Shown piece after piece: positions 20,534 through 30,371 of a DNA stretch of 64,000 nucleotides. This DNA is from Geopsychrobacteraceae bacterium. Its GTDB lineage: Bacteria; Desulfobacterota; Desulfuromonadia; Desulfuromonadales; Geopsychrobacteraceae. The position numbers and the translations under genes are program-made. Each line of letters opens with the position of its first letter. The first letter of the stretch is position 1. Where the stretch lies: NCBI GenBank assembly GCA_963662315.1, contig OY759353.1:3584001-3648000 (forward strand). Reading direction: 5' to 3'. The notes below the pieces were generated by a model. That model was not told where the DNA came from. It ran no database searches and saw only the letters and a program-made list of their open reading frames with translations.

Positions 20534-21547
20534 GTGAAAAAAGCCAAACATTTATCCGGAGCGAAGAAAGCAGCCATTCTGCTGCTGTGCCTTGGGGAAG
20601 AGGTCACGGCCAGAATCTTTGAAGCCCTGGATGATTCCGAAGTACGGGAAATCAGTCGTCACATGATTGAAATTGAGCATGTTGATCCCAAACTGGCCAG
20701 TGAAATTCTCGACGAATTTCATGCTGCACGGGAAGCGGATCTGGGTGTCTATGTTCGTGGTGATGAGTTTGCCAAGCATGCTATCCTTGGCGGTTCCGAT
20801 ACGGTACGAGCCCAGTATCTGCTGGAACAGGTCTCCTCGGGAATTGAGGGGCGCCCGCTGGAAACTATTTCTAAAATGCATCCCCGGATGGTCGCCGGTC
20901 TGCTGGAAAATGAACATCCTCAGACCGTCGCACTGATTCTGTCGACGCAACGGGAAGATCACACCAGCCGCGTATTGGCTGAATTGCCTGAAGAGATGCG
21001 TGGCGAGCTCATGTATCGTATTGCCAAGATCGACAATGTCTCTCCTGAAGTGATCAGCCAGATTGAAGAGGCCCTGCAGCGAGAAGTCGGCGTGGTGGTC
21101 GGCAAGGACCGTAAACAGGTTGGTGGCATTGAAAAGGTTGTTGAAATTCTAGCTAAAATGGAAAAGGGTGCCGACCAGGTTATTCTGACCAGTATTGAAG
21201 CTGTTGATCCCGATATGGCCGAAGAAATCCGGCGCCGCATGTTTACCTTTGAGGATCTCGCGACGATCGATAACCGTGGTATGCAGGCCATCCTGCGCGA
21301 GGTCAGCACCGATATGCTCACCCTGGCGCTTAAGACCGCCACCGATACTCTCAAGGAGAAGGTGTTCTCCAATATTTCTCAGCGTGCTGCCGACATGATT
21401 GCTGAAGATCTGGAGGCCATGGGGCCGCGTAAGCTCAGTGAAGTTGAAGCCATGCAGTCCGAAGTCGTTAAAGTTGCGATGAAGCTTGAAGAAGAAGGTA
21501 CGATTGTTATTCCTGGCCGAGGTGGTGGCGGAGATGAGCTTGTCTAA
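20534..21547 (+). CDS. fliG: Flagellar motor switch protein FliG
   Basis: GAKKAAILLL, EHPQTVALIL, MFTFEDL motifs; GTG start. Confidence 0.97.
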   Translation: MKKAKHLSGAKKAAILLLCLGEEVTARIFEALDDSEVREISRHMIEIEHVDPKLASEILDEFHAAREADLGVYVRGDEFAKHAILGGSDTVRAQYLLEQVSSGIEGRPLETISKMHPRMVAGLLENEHPQTVALILSTQREDHTSRVLAELPEEMRGELMYRIAKIDNVSPEVISQIEEALQREVGVVVGKDRKQVGGIEKVVEILAKMEKGADQVILTSIEAVDPDMAEEIRRRMFTFEDLATIDNRGMQAILREVSTDMLTLALKTATDTLKEKVFSNISQRAADMIAEDLEAMGPRKLSEVEAMQSEVVKVAMKLEEEGTIVIPGRGGGGDELV

Positions 21548-22208
21548 GATATATCGTGGTGAAGAGACTGCTAACCTCAAATCCTTTCAGTATTTAAGCT
21601 TTGGTGCTGAGGCTATTGCACCTGATTCTGCTGGGGAGGATCTCAAGGACCAGACTTCAGACATTCAGCCCCGCAGCCCGGAGCCGCTAGCCCCTGTCGC
21701 AGGCCATACGGCCGAGGAGGTCGAGGAAGCCTACGCACGCGGTTACCGAGAAGCGCTGGAACACGCCGGGGCGCGCCTTGAAAGCGCAAGCCAGGCGTTG
21801 GCGGCCGGACTCGATGAAATCAGCCGTGTGCGTGAAAGTCTCGCCCGTAACAGTCAGCAGGACATGCTGCGTCTGGTGATGACGGTCGCTGAGCAGATTA
21901 TTCGCGAACAGGCCGCGATTGACAGTCGCGTGGTTCTCAAGGTGATCGATAATGCCTTAAGTGAAGCAGTGCGGGCTGATCATTACCGGATTTTCGTCAA
22001 TCCTGCTGATCTTGCTGCAGTCACTGAACAAAAACCGTTATTCCTGGCCAGTATCAGTGGCCTGAAAAATATTCATGTTGAAGCGGATCCGTCCATCTCT
22101 GCTGGTGGTTGTCGGGTCGATTCCGAATTCGGCAATGTGGATGCGACGCTGGAAACCCAATTAGCAACTATTCGCCAGGCAATGCAGGAGGCGCTGCAGA
22201 GCTCATGA
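21534..22208 (+). CDS. fliH: Flagellar assembly protein FliH
   Basis: AYARGYREA, VNPADL and GGCRVDSEFGNVDA; lies between fliG and fliI; start taken at MSLSK. Confidence 0.92.
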   Translation: MSLSKIYRGEETANLKSFQYLSFGAEAIAPDSAGEDLKDQTSDIQPRSPEPLAPVAGHTAEEVEEAYARGYREALEHAGARLESASQALAAGLDEISRVRESLARNSQQDMLRLVMTVAEQIIREQAAIDSRVVLKVIDNALSEAVRADHYRIFVNPADLAAVTEQKPLFLASISGLKNIHVEADPSISAGGCRVDSEFGNVDATLETQLATIRQAMQEALQSS

Positions 22209-23527
22209 ACAATCTGGTCGAGCGGATCAAAGGGATTAACCCGATCAGGGTCAGCGGCAAGGTCATACAGATCGTCGGTCTGGTGGTCGAAGGGTATTGT
22301 CCGACGGCGACGGTCGGGACTCTTTGCGAGCTGTTGCCTCTGGATGGTGGCAATCCGGTGCCGGCCGAAGTTGTTGGTTTTCGTGATTCCCGGGCCCTAT
22401 TGATGCCCCTTGGTGAGCTGCGTGGGCTTGGCCCCGGCAGCCTGATCCGGGTCACGCGCAGCAGTGCGTCGATTCCGGTCGGGGACCATCTCCTGGGGCG
22501 GGTGCTCGACGCTCTTGGCCAGCCTCTGGATGAAATGCCCCTGGCACCGTGTGAACATGAATGCCCCCTGTATGCTTTGCCGGCCAGCCCCATGGCCCGT
22601 AAACCGATTGTACAACCCCTTGATCTGGGGGTTAAGGCCATTAACAGCCTGTTGACCTGCGGCGTTGGCCAGCGCATGGGGATCATGGCCGGGTCCGGGG
22701 TCGGTAAAAGTGTTCTTCTGGGGATGATGGCCAAACATACCCAGGCTGATGTCAATGTGATCGCCCTGATCGGTGAGCGGGGGCGCGAGGTGCGTGAATT
22801 TATCGAACGCGACTTAGGTCCCGAGGGGCTGGCGCGTTCCGTTGTCGTTACTGCGACCTCTGATTCTTCCCCTTTGCTGCGTATGCGTGGGGCTTTTGTC
22901 GCGACCACAATCGCTGAATATTTCTGTAATCAGGGTAAAAATGTCTTGTTGCTGATGGATTCGGTGACCCGCTTTGCCATGGCGATGCGCGAGGTTGGCC
23001 TGGCCATAGGCGAGCCGCCGACCACCAAAGGCTACACGCCGTCGGTGTTCGCTAACCTGCCGAAGCTACTTGAGCGGGCCGGCAACTTCAAGAACAAGGG
23101 GAGTATCACCGGTCTTTATACGGTCCTGGTCGAAGGGGATGATATGAATGAGCCGGTGGCGGATTCAGTGCGTTCGATTCTGGATGGCCATATTGTTCTG
23201 TCGCGTGATATTGCGGCGCGTAACCACTTCCCCGCCATCGATATTCTGCGTTCGGCAAGCCGGGTCATGCGCGATATCGTCGATGAAGAACATCTGAAAA
23301 TGAACGGCCAGGCGCGTGAAATCATGGCGGTTTTCAAGGATGCAGAGGATCTGATCAATATCGGTGCCTATGCCGAAGGGAGCAACAGCAAGATCGACTA
23401 CGCTATTTCCCGGATTGATGTCATCAATGAATTCTTATGCCAGGGGATGAACGAAGCATTTGACCTCGAGAGCACCATGACGGAACTGAAGACCATTCTC
23501 CTCGACCGCCGCAGCGAACTGAGGTAA
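22205..23527 (+). CDS. fliI: Flagellar export ATPase FliI
   Basis: Walker A GSGVGKS, LIGERGREV, MDSVTRFA; start MNNL overlaps the fliH stop. Confidence 0.97.
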   Translation: MNNLVERIKGINPIRVSGKVIQIVGLVVEGYCPTATVGTLCELLPLDGGNPVPAEVVGFRDSRALLMPLGELRGLGPGSLIRVTRSSASIPVGDHLLGRVLDALGQPLDEMPLAPCEHECPLYALPASPMARKPIVQPLDLGVKAINSLLTCGVGQRMGIMAGSGVGKSVLLGMMAKHTQADVNVIALIGERGREVREFIERDLGPEGLARSVVVTATSDSSPLLRMRGAFVATTIAEYFCNQGKNVLLLMDSVTRFAMAMREVGLAIGEPPTTKGYTPSVFANLPKLLERAGNFKNKGSITGLYTVLVEGDDMNEPVADSVRSILDGHIVLSRDIAARNHFPAIDILRSASRVMRDIVDEEHLKMNGQAREIMAVFKDAEDLINIGAYAEGSNSKIDYAISRIDVINEFLCQGMNEAFDLESTMTELKTILLDRRSELR

Positions 23528-23530
23528 GCC

Positions 23531-23971
23531 ATGGCCGGTCCCTTCAAATTACAGTCGGTCCTGAATTACCGTCAGCGTCTCGAAGATCAGGCGCAGCAGG
23601 TGTTGGCGCGGACACTGCAACATCAGGTAAAACTTCAGGAGCAGATTGCTCAATGTCGGCAGCAGCTGGATTCTTGCGCTGCTGAAGTGCAGCGCCGCCA
23701 GCAGGAGGGTTTATCGATAGCCGAGCTGACCATGTATGAAGATCAGATCAGGCATCTGCGCCAGCTTCAGGTACGCTATCACGGGCAGCTGAAAAAGCTC
23801 AACGACCAGATTGATCGCGAGCGGGCGGCATTGCTGACAGCCGCTCGTGAACGTCAGGTTATGGAAAAGCTCAAAGAAAAACAGGAAGCTGAATACCGTC
23901 GCGAACTGGATCGTAAAGAACGGGAAATGCTTGATGAAATCAGCTTGCGCCCCAAAGGAGAACGCTCATGA
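23531..23971 (+). CDS. fliJ: Flagellar export protein FliJ
   Basis: FKLQSVLNYR...coiled coil...LDEI; directly after fliI. Confidence 0.9.
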   Translation: MAGPFKLQSVLNYRQRLEDQAQQVLARTLQHQVKLQEQIAQCRQQLDSCAAEVQRRQQEGLSIAELTMYEDQIRHLRQLQVRYHGQLKKLNDQIDRERAALLTAARERQVMEKLKEKQEAEYRRELDRKEREMLDEISLRPKGERS

Positions 23972-24486
23972 GCAGACGAGCCGGATTATTAATCGCGATC
24001 CTGTTAGCCAGCATCGCCAGCGTTGCAGCCGCCGAACCGGGGCAGGTGAACCCGGATACCGCCGCTTCTGTCGAAGAACGCCGGATTCTGGTTTCTATTG
24101 AGGATCAGTACGCCCGGCTTGAGCAGCGTGAAGCGGAAATCAACGGTCGCGAATTGCAGCTAAAGACTCTCGAGACCGAGGTCGATAAGAAGCTCGCGGA
24201 GCTAAGCAAAAAGCGGGAAGAGTTGACCCAAAAGCAGGCTGATATCAGTAAACTGCTCCAAGACATCAAAAATGTTGAAGATGAACGGGCTGCAGAGCTG
24301 AGTCTTATCTATGAAAAAATGAGTCCTCAGAAGGCGGCACTACTGATCAAAGATCTTGATCAGGATCTGGCTGTCAAACTGCTGATGGGTATCAAGAAGA
24401 AAACCGCCGGAAAGATTCTTGATAACCTCGATTCCCAAACGGCGACCGCATTGAGTGAGGCGTTTACGGAAGTTCCGGTACCGTAA
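23968..24486 (+). CDS. MotE/YlxF-like exported coiled-coil protein with an MgtE_N-like C-terminus
   Basis: Signal peptide, coiled coil, IYEKMSPQKAA...AGKILDNLD; between fliJ and fliK. Confidence 0.75.
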   Translation: MSRRAGLLIAILLASIASVAAAEPGQVNPDTAASVEERRILVSIEDQYARLEQREAEINGRELQLKTLETEVDKKLAELSKKREELTQKQADISKLLQDIKNVEDERAAELSLIYEKMSPQKAALLIKDLDQDLAVKLLMGIKKKTAGKILDNLDSQTATALSEAFTEVPVP

Positions 24487-24528
24487 TAACGCAGCTTATT
24501 AACCGTAACTTCTGGAAGGAGGTGAAAC

Positions 24529-26073
24529 ATGCAGGAAATCGCAACACTGGGAGCAGTGACACCGGTGGCGACCTCCACAAGCGGGAAGCCAACAGGCAAA
24601 GCGGCAGAAAAAGACTTCGATCGTGTCTTTGCCGACAAACAGCAGGAACAGCCGCAAAAAAGCGCCGAAACTGCTCGTGAAGGGAGTGTGAAGAAATCTT
24701 CCCAACAGCGTCAGGAGCAAAAAAAGGTTCAGGAACCGGTAACGTCTGATCGTAAAGGTGTTGAGCGGCAGTCCAGTGAGAGTGACGAGCCCGTTGCCGC
24801 TACACAGGTAACCGAAGCCACTGATGAAAGTGCTGTCGTGGATGGTTCAGCGGCGGTGCAACAGACTCTGATTGCTCTGATGCAAACCTTGAACAGCGAA
24901 AAATCAGCCTCAGTCGATAGCGAGGACGTGACGTCATTGGTCACTGACCTTGTGACACAGCTGGAAAACGCCGATTTGCATGGTGAAGAGGTCTTGGCTG
25001 GTATCGATCTGTCGGCCCTGAAGGATCAGATTGAAGAGATAGCAGCGGGAGATGATCCGATCGGGGAGATGGCGGCATTGATTGCCAGGGTCAGTGAACA
25101 GCTTCAGACCCAGCCGGAAATGACGTCTGTTGAGATGACAGGTCAACTCAAAGGCGGATCTATGGCTCAGGCCAGGGATCTGCTGCAACAGGTGCTGGGG
25201 GATGATCTCTCTGAGTCCCAGTCCGCGGCCGACACCGCTGCTGTTGAGACGCTAACCGGTAAGCAGGATGCTGTGCCGATCGATCCACGCTTTGCAGGAT
25301 TGTTGAATGTTCGTCAGGGACAAAAGAGCAATCAGGAGGCGGCTGTGGCCAAGCAACCTCTGAATAATTCTGCTGTGCAGCAGAGTCAGACGGTCGCTGA
25401 CGAAACAACCGAGCCGATTGCAGAGACGCCGGGAGACCTTGAGGCACAACTGACTGCGGAACTGGACAAGATCAGTCGATCAGTACAGAGGGAAACCGCA
25501 CATCAGTCTCAACAGACCCGGTCTGGCATTGAAGGCTCGGCTCAGCATGGCCCACATATGCACAATTCTCAGGGCTCTATGTTTGCCGATAGCATGAAAA
25601 ACCTGGCGGCAGCGCCAACTATTCAATTGCCCAGTGGCCAGCATGTTGCGGAAAGTCAGATTTTTGACCAGGTTGTGACCCACCTGTCTGGAAGTGTCAA
25701 TGGTGAGTCGGGTCGGATGGTGCTGCGCCTGAACCCGGCGGAGCTCGGCTCGCTGAAGCTTGACGTTGTTGTTGAAGGGGATGAAGTGCGGGCCAATATT
25801 CACGCTCAGAATCAGCAGGTTCAGGAAGTCATTGAACGCCATCTGCCACAACTGCGTAATGCTTTAGCGGAACAAGGGCTAAAGATTGAACAGTTTCAGG
25901 TCGATATAGATAAGCAACAGAGTGGTGGCAGCTTTGAAGGCTTCGCCGATCAGCAGCAGCAACAGCAGCAAGGCAGTCGCAGCTGGAATTACAGGGATGT
26001 TGTCGAAGAGGACGTGATCCCTCTCGCGCAGTTGTTTCAGCCTGCCAGCCCAGGAATCAGTCTCCATGTCTGA
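24529..26073 (+). CDS. fliK: Flagellar hook-length control protein FliK
   Basis: Low-complexity N-terminus; C-terminal LRLNPAELGSL...LPQLRNALAEQGL domain. Confidence 0.93.
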   Translation: MQEIATLGAVTPVATSTSGKPTGKAAEKDFDRVFADKQQEQPQKSAETAREGSVKKSSQQRQEQKKVQEPVTSDRKGVERQSSESDEPVAATQVTEATDESAVVDGSAAVQQTLIALMQTLNSEKSASVDSEDVTSLVTDLVTQLENADLHGEEVLAGIDLSALKDQIEEIAAGDDPIGEMAALIARVSEQLQTQPEMTSVEMTGQLKGGSMAQARDLLQQVLGDDLSESQSAADTAAVETLTGKQDAVPIDPRFAGLLNVRQGQKSNQEAAVAKQPLNNSAVQQSQTVADETTEPIAETPGDLEAQLTAELDKISRSVQRETAHQSQQTRSGIEGSAQHGPHMHNSQGSMFADSMKNLAAAPTIQLPSGQHVAESQIFDQVVTHLSGSVNGESGRMVLRLNPAELGSLKLDVVVEGDEVRANIHAQNQQVQEVIERHLPQLRNALAEQGLKIEQFQVDIDKQQSGGSFEGFADQQQQQQQGSRSWNYRDVVEEDVIPLAQLFQPASPGISLHV

Positions 26074-26100
26074 ATATTGTGAAAGGAGGTGCTAGGGGTT

Positions 26101-26766
26101 ATGTCGACTGTTAGTGGCGTTAGTAACAGCTCCGCTGATTTTTCTTCAGCGTCATCGATCAAAGATGTGTCGATGGGCAAGCAGGATTTTTTGATGTTGC
26201 TGGTTGCCCAGCTGGAAAATCAGGATCCGATGAATCCGTCAGACCCGACGGAATTTACCGCTCAGTTGGCTCAGTTTGGACAGCTTGAACAGCTCACCAA
26301 TGCCAATAAGAGCCTGGAAGGGCTCAATAGTATGAGCACCGAAATGCAGCGTATGTCTGCATTGGGGCTGGTTGGCCAAGATGTCATTGCCCAGACCGAT
26401 CAGTTCCATTTTGATGGTGAACCGATTGAAATCGGGTATCGAACCGAAATGCCGGCTGAAGAGATTACCCTGTATGTGCTGAACCAAAGTGGCGGCACCC
26501 TGGCAACCATCAAGGCGACAGAAACGGAGGCCGGAGAATACTTTATCAACTGGGATGGGATGAGTGATCTTGATATGCCTCTCGAAGCCGGAGATTACTC
26601 TCTGGCCATCAGGGCGGTCGACGGCGATGATGCTTTGGTGGATGTCGTGCCGTTGGTCAAAGGAAAGGTGCAGGCAGTCGATCTGAGCAGCGCAATATCC
26701 GAGCTGGAAACAACCGCTGGTGTCTTTTCCATGAGAGATGTTGAAAAAGCCGGATCAAGCTTATGA
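26101..26766 (+). CDS. flgD: Flagellar hook capping protein FlgD
   Basis: MGKQDFLMLLVAQLENQDPMNP...AQLAQF, WDG motif. Confidence 0.96.
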   Translation: MSTVSGVSNSSADFSSASSIKDVSMGKQDFLMLLVAQLENQDPMNPSDPTEFTAQLAQFGQLEQLTNANKSLEGLNSMSTEMQRMSALGLVGQDVIAQTDQFHFDGEPIEIGYRTEMPAEEITLYVLNQSGGTLATIKATETEAGEYFINWDGMSDLDMPLEAGDYSLAIRAVDGDDALVDVVPLVKGKVQAVDLSSAISELETTAGVFSMRDVEKAGSSL

Positions 26767-27149
26767 GTGATTCGCTGACCATTATCCCCCAACCGATCGG
26801 GATTCCCCGCCAGCAGGGGACGCAGCGATCGCAACAGAAAACCGCTGAAAAGGGCAGCTTTGACCAGCTGCTGCAGAATCAGCTCAGTCAGCAGGGGACA
26901 GTCAAATTCTCACGGCATGCAAGCCAGCGTATGCAGACCCGTGGCATCAGCTTCAGTGATGCTCAGTTACAGCGTCTTGATACGGCGGTTTCGCAGGTCA
27001 GTGCCAAAGGTGGCCGTGAATCTCTGGTGATGTTGGATAATACGGCACTGGTTGTCAGTGTCAAAAATGAAACCGTGGTGACAGTTGTTGATCAAGATCA
27101 GTTGAAGAATAACGTATTTACCAATATCGACAGTGCCGTTATTGCTTAA
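26763..27149 (+). CDS. Flagellar operon protein (TIGR02530-type, function unknown)
   Basis: VKFSRHASQRMQTRGI...KGGRESLV...ALVVSVKNETVVTV...VFTNIDSAVI; lies between flgD and flgE. Confidence 0.88.
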   Translation: MSDSLTIIPQPIGIPRQQGTQRSQQKTAEKGSFDQLLQNQLSQQGTVKFSRHASQRMQTRGISFSDAQLQRLDTAVSQVSAKGGRESLVMLDNTALVVSVKNETVVTVVDQDQLKNNVFTNIDSAVIA

Positions 27150-27150
27150 C

Positions 27151-27204
27151 CGAACCGGTCCTCTTTGAGGAGGTTCGCAAACCGCCGACCGACAGACGCG
27201 GTTT
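27151..27204 (+). ncRNA. Candidate two-hairpin cis-regulatory RNA in the flgE leader
   Basis: CGAACC-GGT-CCTC-TTT-GAGG-A-GGTTCG, then AAACCGC-CGACCGACAGAC-GCGGTTT, ending just before the flgE SD. Confidence 0.6.
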
Positions 27205-27222
27205 ACGAAAGGAAAAAAGATC

Positions 27223-28587
27223 ATGGGAGTTTCGAGCTCATTATTCAGTGGTATCAGTGGTCTCAGTGCGAATGGCAATGCCATGAGTATTATCGGTAAC
27301 AATATCGCTAACGCCAATACCATAGGCTTTAAGGCGAGCCGTACCGTTTTTAGTGACCTGCTGTCGGGAAAAGTCTCCAGTTCTGCTGGAGCGTCTCAGA
27401 TTGGCCGTGGCGTCGGGTTGTCAACCGTTGATAATATTTTCAGCCAGGGAACGTTTGAGAATACGGAAACCAATACCGATCTTGCCATTGAGGGATCAGG
27501 TTTTTTTATCGTCAGCGATCCGATGACTGGCAATGCGCAGAACAGCTATACCCGGGCCGGTGCTTTTCGCTTTAATGCTGACGGCTATCTGGTCAACCCT
27601 GAAGGGTACAATGTCATGGGTTTGCAACTGGATGACAATGGCAATACTATTGGTGACCTGACTCCGATCTGGGCTAATACCCAGTCTTTTTCCCCGGCCA
27701 ATCCGACCGGAAATATCGACCTGAATACCAATATGAACTCCAATGCGACGACCATCGGTGCCTATCCTTCTTTTGATGTAGCCGATCCGAACAGTACTTC
27801 AAATTATGCAACGTCAACCCAGATTTATGACAGTCTGGGGGATACCCATCTGATGACCACATATTTTACTAAAAATGACAGTCAGCAGTGGGAGTGGTCA
27901 ACGGTTGTCGACAGTGGCGATCTCACCGGTGGTACGGTGGGTGAACTGGCTGTTGTCGGCAAGGGGACCCTTGAATTTGATGCCAGCGGTAATCTGATTT
28001 CTATCGGCAATGATGATGGTACCGGCACAGTCACCGTCTCCCAGCTGTATACCATCGCCGGGGATATCACCAGCGACCCGGTTTTTCCGCGTCCGACAGC
28101 GGAGACTTTTGCCGGTGCCTTGGACTGGGCCAGTGGTGCCGTTGATACGCAACAGATCGCCATTGATATGCAAACCACTCAGTATGCCAGCCCTTCAGTG
28201 GTTGTCTCTCAGGAGCAGGATGGCTTCGGGACCGGTTCGCTGGTTAAACTAAGTATCGACAGTGAAGGAAATGTCATCGGAAATTTTTCCAATGGTGATC
28301 CGCGTAAATTGATGCAGATTGCTCTGGCTAAATTTACCAACCCCAACGCCCTCGAAAAAATCGGCAACAATATGTACCAGTCCAATAATGCTTCCGGGGT
28401 GCCGGTCATTGGTACGGTCGGATCGGGTGTCGGTAATATCTTTACCAATGCGCTGGAACTCTCCAACGTTGACCTGGCTCAGGAATTTGTCAAAATGATT
28501 ACCACCCAGCGCGGGTTTTCAGCCAACTCAAAAACCATTACCACCACTGACGAAATGCTGACAGAGGTTATTAATCTCAAGCGTTAA
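27223..28587 (+). CDS. flgE: Flagellar hook protein FlgE
   Basis: IGNNIANANTIGFK, YTRAGAF, YDSLG, LELSNVDLAQEFVKMITTQRGF. Confidence 0.97.
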   Translation: MGVSSSLFSGISGLSANGNAMSIIGNNIANANTIGFKASRTVFSDLLSGKVSSSAGASQIGRGVGLSTVDNIFSQGTFENTETNTDLAIEGSGFFIVSDPMTGNAQNSYTRAGAFRFNADGYLVNPEGYNVMGLQLDDNGNTIGDLTPIWANTQSFSPANPTGNIDLNTNMNSNATTIGAYPSFDVADPNSTSNYATSTQIYDSLGDTHLMTTYFTKNDSQQWEWSTVVDSGDLTGGTVGELAVVGKGTLEFDASGNLISIGNDDGTGTVTVSQLYTIAGDITSDPVFPRPTAETFAGALDWASGAVDTQQIAIDMQTTQYASPSVVVSQEQDGFGTGSLVKLSIDSEGNVIGNFSNGDPRKLMQIALAKFTNPNALEKIGNNMYQSNNASGVPVIGTVGSGVGNIFTNALELSNVDLAQEFVKMITTQRGFSANSKTITTTDEMLTEVINLKR

Positions 28588-28594
28588 TTGCCTT

Positions 28595-28608
28595 GTCAAA
28601 ATTCTGAC
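28595..28608. promoter_or_regulatory. GTC-N8-GAC activator box upstream of the motA sigma54 promoter
   Basis: GTCAAAATTCTGAC, about 125 bp upstream of the -24/-12 element, with an AT-rich stretch in between. Confidence 0.6.
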
Positions 28609-28617
28609 CTATGGTGA

Positions 28618-28655
28618 GGAGCCGGCTAAAAAATTGTTTTTGCCGGCTCCTTTTT
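28618..28655 (+). terminator. Intrinsic terminator after flgE
   Basis: GGAGCCGGC...GCCGGCTCC stem followed by TTTTT. Confidence 0.85.
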
Positions 28656-28733
28656 GTTTCCGCTGGGCGTAGAAAATTTGTAAAATATCGAAATGAATAG
28701 ATAAAATTAAATTTTAGAATAAATTTATCTTAA

Positions 28734-28749
28734 TGGCATATAAAATGCT
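28734..28749 (+). promoter_or_regulatory. Sigma54 (-24/-12) promoter for the motA operon
   Basis: TGGCATATAAAATGCT has exact GG-N10-GC spacing. Confidence 0.75.
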
Positions 28750-28838
28750 AATGTGTTACACGGATATGTTTTTCTCCCATATTAATGTATAGTCATTTCC
28801 GAAAATCTTCTGAATACAGGCGGAGATAGAGGACATTT

Positions 28839-29603
28839 ATGGATATCGCAACAATAATTGGCTTATTAGCTGCCTTTGGTCTGATGCTGCTGGGCATATT
28901 GCAAGGCGGCTCATTGATGATTTTCGTTGATATTGCCTCAATGGTCATCGTTGTTGGCGGCACCGTCGGTACCGTGCTGGTGCACTTTCCCCTGGGCGAT
29001 ATTCTGGGAGCATTCAATGTTGCCCGTAAAGCGTTTTTTCATAAAACCACTTCTCCGGTTGATACCATTGAAAAACTGATCACCTATGCGGGTAAGGCGC
29101 GTAAGGAAGGGATTCTGTCGCTGCAGTCCGTCATGAATGAGATAGAAGACGATTTTTTTCTGAAGGGTTTGCAGATGGCGGTCGATGGTCAGGAGCCTGA
29201 GGCTCTGAAAGAGATGCTCGAAAAGGAAATCGAGTATGTTATGGATCGCCATGATAAGGGGACAGAGATTTTTTCGGCAATCGGGGCTTATGCTCCGGCA
29301 ATGGGGATGATCGGTACGCTTATTGGTCTGGTGCAGATGTTGCAGAACATGAGTGACCCTTCGTCCATCGGTCCGGCCATGGCGGTGGCGTTGCTGACCA
29401 CCTTTTATGGTGCGGTTATCGCCAATGTTATCGCGATACCGATTTCCGGCAAACTGAAAATCCGTTCAGCCAGTGAAGTGTTGAATAAAACTCTGGTGAC
29501 CGAGGGGATGAAAGCGATTCTTGAAGGGGAAAATCCACGTCTCATGGAGCAGCGATTACACGCTTTTGTCGCACCGAAAGAGCGTCAGAGCAATTTCAAT
29601 TAA
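28839..29603 (+). CDS. motA: Flagellar stator protein MotA/PomA
   Basis: ARKEGILSL, APAMGMIGTLIGLVQML, MAVALLTTFYG, GENPR. Confidence 0.96.
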   Translation: MDIATIIGLLAAFGLMLLGILQGGSLMIFVDIASMVIVVGGTVGTVLVHFPLGDILGAFNVARKAFFHKTTSPVDTIEKLITYAGKARKEGILSLQSVMNEIEDDFFLKGLQMAVDGQEPEALKEMLEKEIEYVMDRHDKGTEIFSAIGAYAPAMGMIGTLIGLVQMLQNMSDPSSIGPAMAVALLTTFYGAVIANVIAIPISGKLKIRSASEVLNKTLVTEGMKAILEGENPRLMEQRLHAFVAPKERQSNFN

Positions 29604-29617
29604 GCGGGGTTCTCTCA

Positions 29618-30349
29618 ATGCCTAAAAAGGAGAAAAAAGCTCCCGAAGGGGCACCAATGTGGATGGTCACCTTCAGTGACATGGTGACCCTGCTGTTGAC
29701 CTTTTTCGTTCTGATGTTGTCTATGGCCAATATGGATCAGGTCAAGTTTCAACAGGCCAGTGACTCTCTGGCTGGGGCCTTCGGCGTTCTCGGTAGTGCG
29801 GACCGGACCGAGGCGGTCCAGCCGCGAGTGGTATCATCGTCACCGATTAATGACGATTTCTCTGCCAGGGTTTATCGCCGCATCAAGACCAGATTGCGCG
29901 AATTGAAATTGAATAAAAAAATCCAGCTGGTTAAAGACCGTGGTGCCGTTATCCTCAGGGTCGACGAAGCTGTATTGTTTCAATCGGGGCAAAGTCGACT
30001 GGGACCGGAGGCCGACCCGATCCTGCGCAAAGTCGCAGAACTGGTGCGTCCGTTACCTCTGAATATGAAAATTGAAGGACATACGGATAATCGCGGCGCT
30101 GAGCTGTCCAATTGGGATCTATCGGTTAATCGGGCTGTTGCGGTGTTGCGCTTTCTGGCCACCAATGACCTGATCCCCATGACACGCATGGCGGCCACAG
30201 GCTATGGTTCGCAGAAACCACTGTTTCCAAATAACAGTGAACAGGAACGGGCTTTGAACCGCCGGGTTGAATTCGTTCTGGAAAGCCAGGGTGATCCAGA
30301 TCAGGATCTGCCTTACCTGCTTGATACCAAGGAGCTTGCGCCCTTCTGA
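29618..30349 (+). CDS. motB: Flagellar stator protein MotB/PomB
   Basis: WMVTFSDMVTLLLTFFVL TM with the conserved Asp; OmpA-like EGHTD...NWDLS..RA...NRRVE. Confidence 0.96.
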   Translation: MPKKEKKAPEGAPMWMVTFSDMVTLLLTFFVLMLSMANMDQVKFQQASDSLAGAFGVLGSADRTEAVQPRVVSSSPINDDFSARVYRRIKTRLRELKLNKKIQLVKDRGAVILRVDEAVLFQSGQSRLGPEADPILRKVAELVRPLPLNMKIEGHTDNRGAELSNWDLSVNRAVAVLRFLATNDLIPMTRMAATGYGSQKPLFPNNSEQERALNRRVEFVLESQGDPDQDLPYLLDTKELAPF

Positions 30350-30371
30350 GTGATAAGTCGCTTAGAAGGGG

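Noticed and set aside
25951..25971. CAG/CAA run (poly-Gln) in fliK
   Set aside because: In-frame, short, and typical of the Gln-rich FliK C-terminus.
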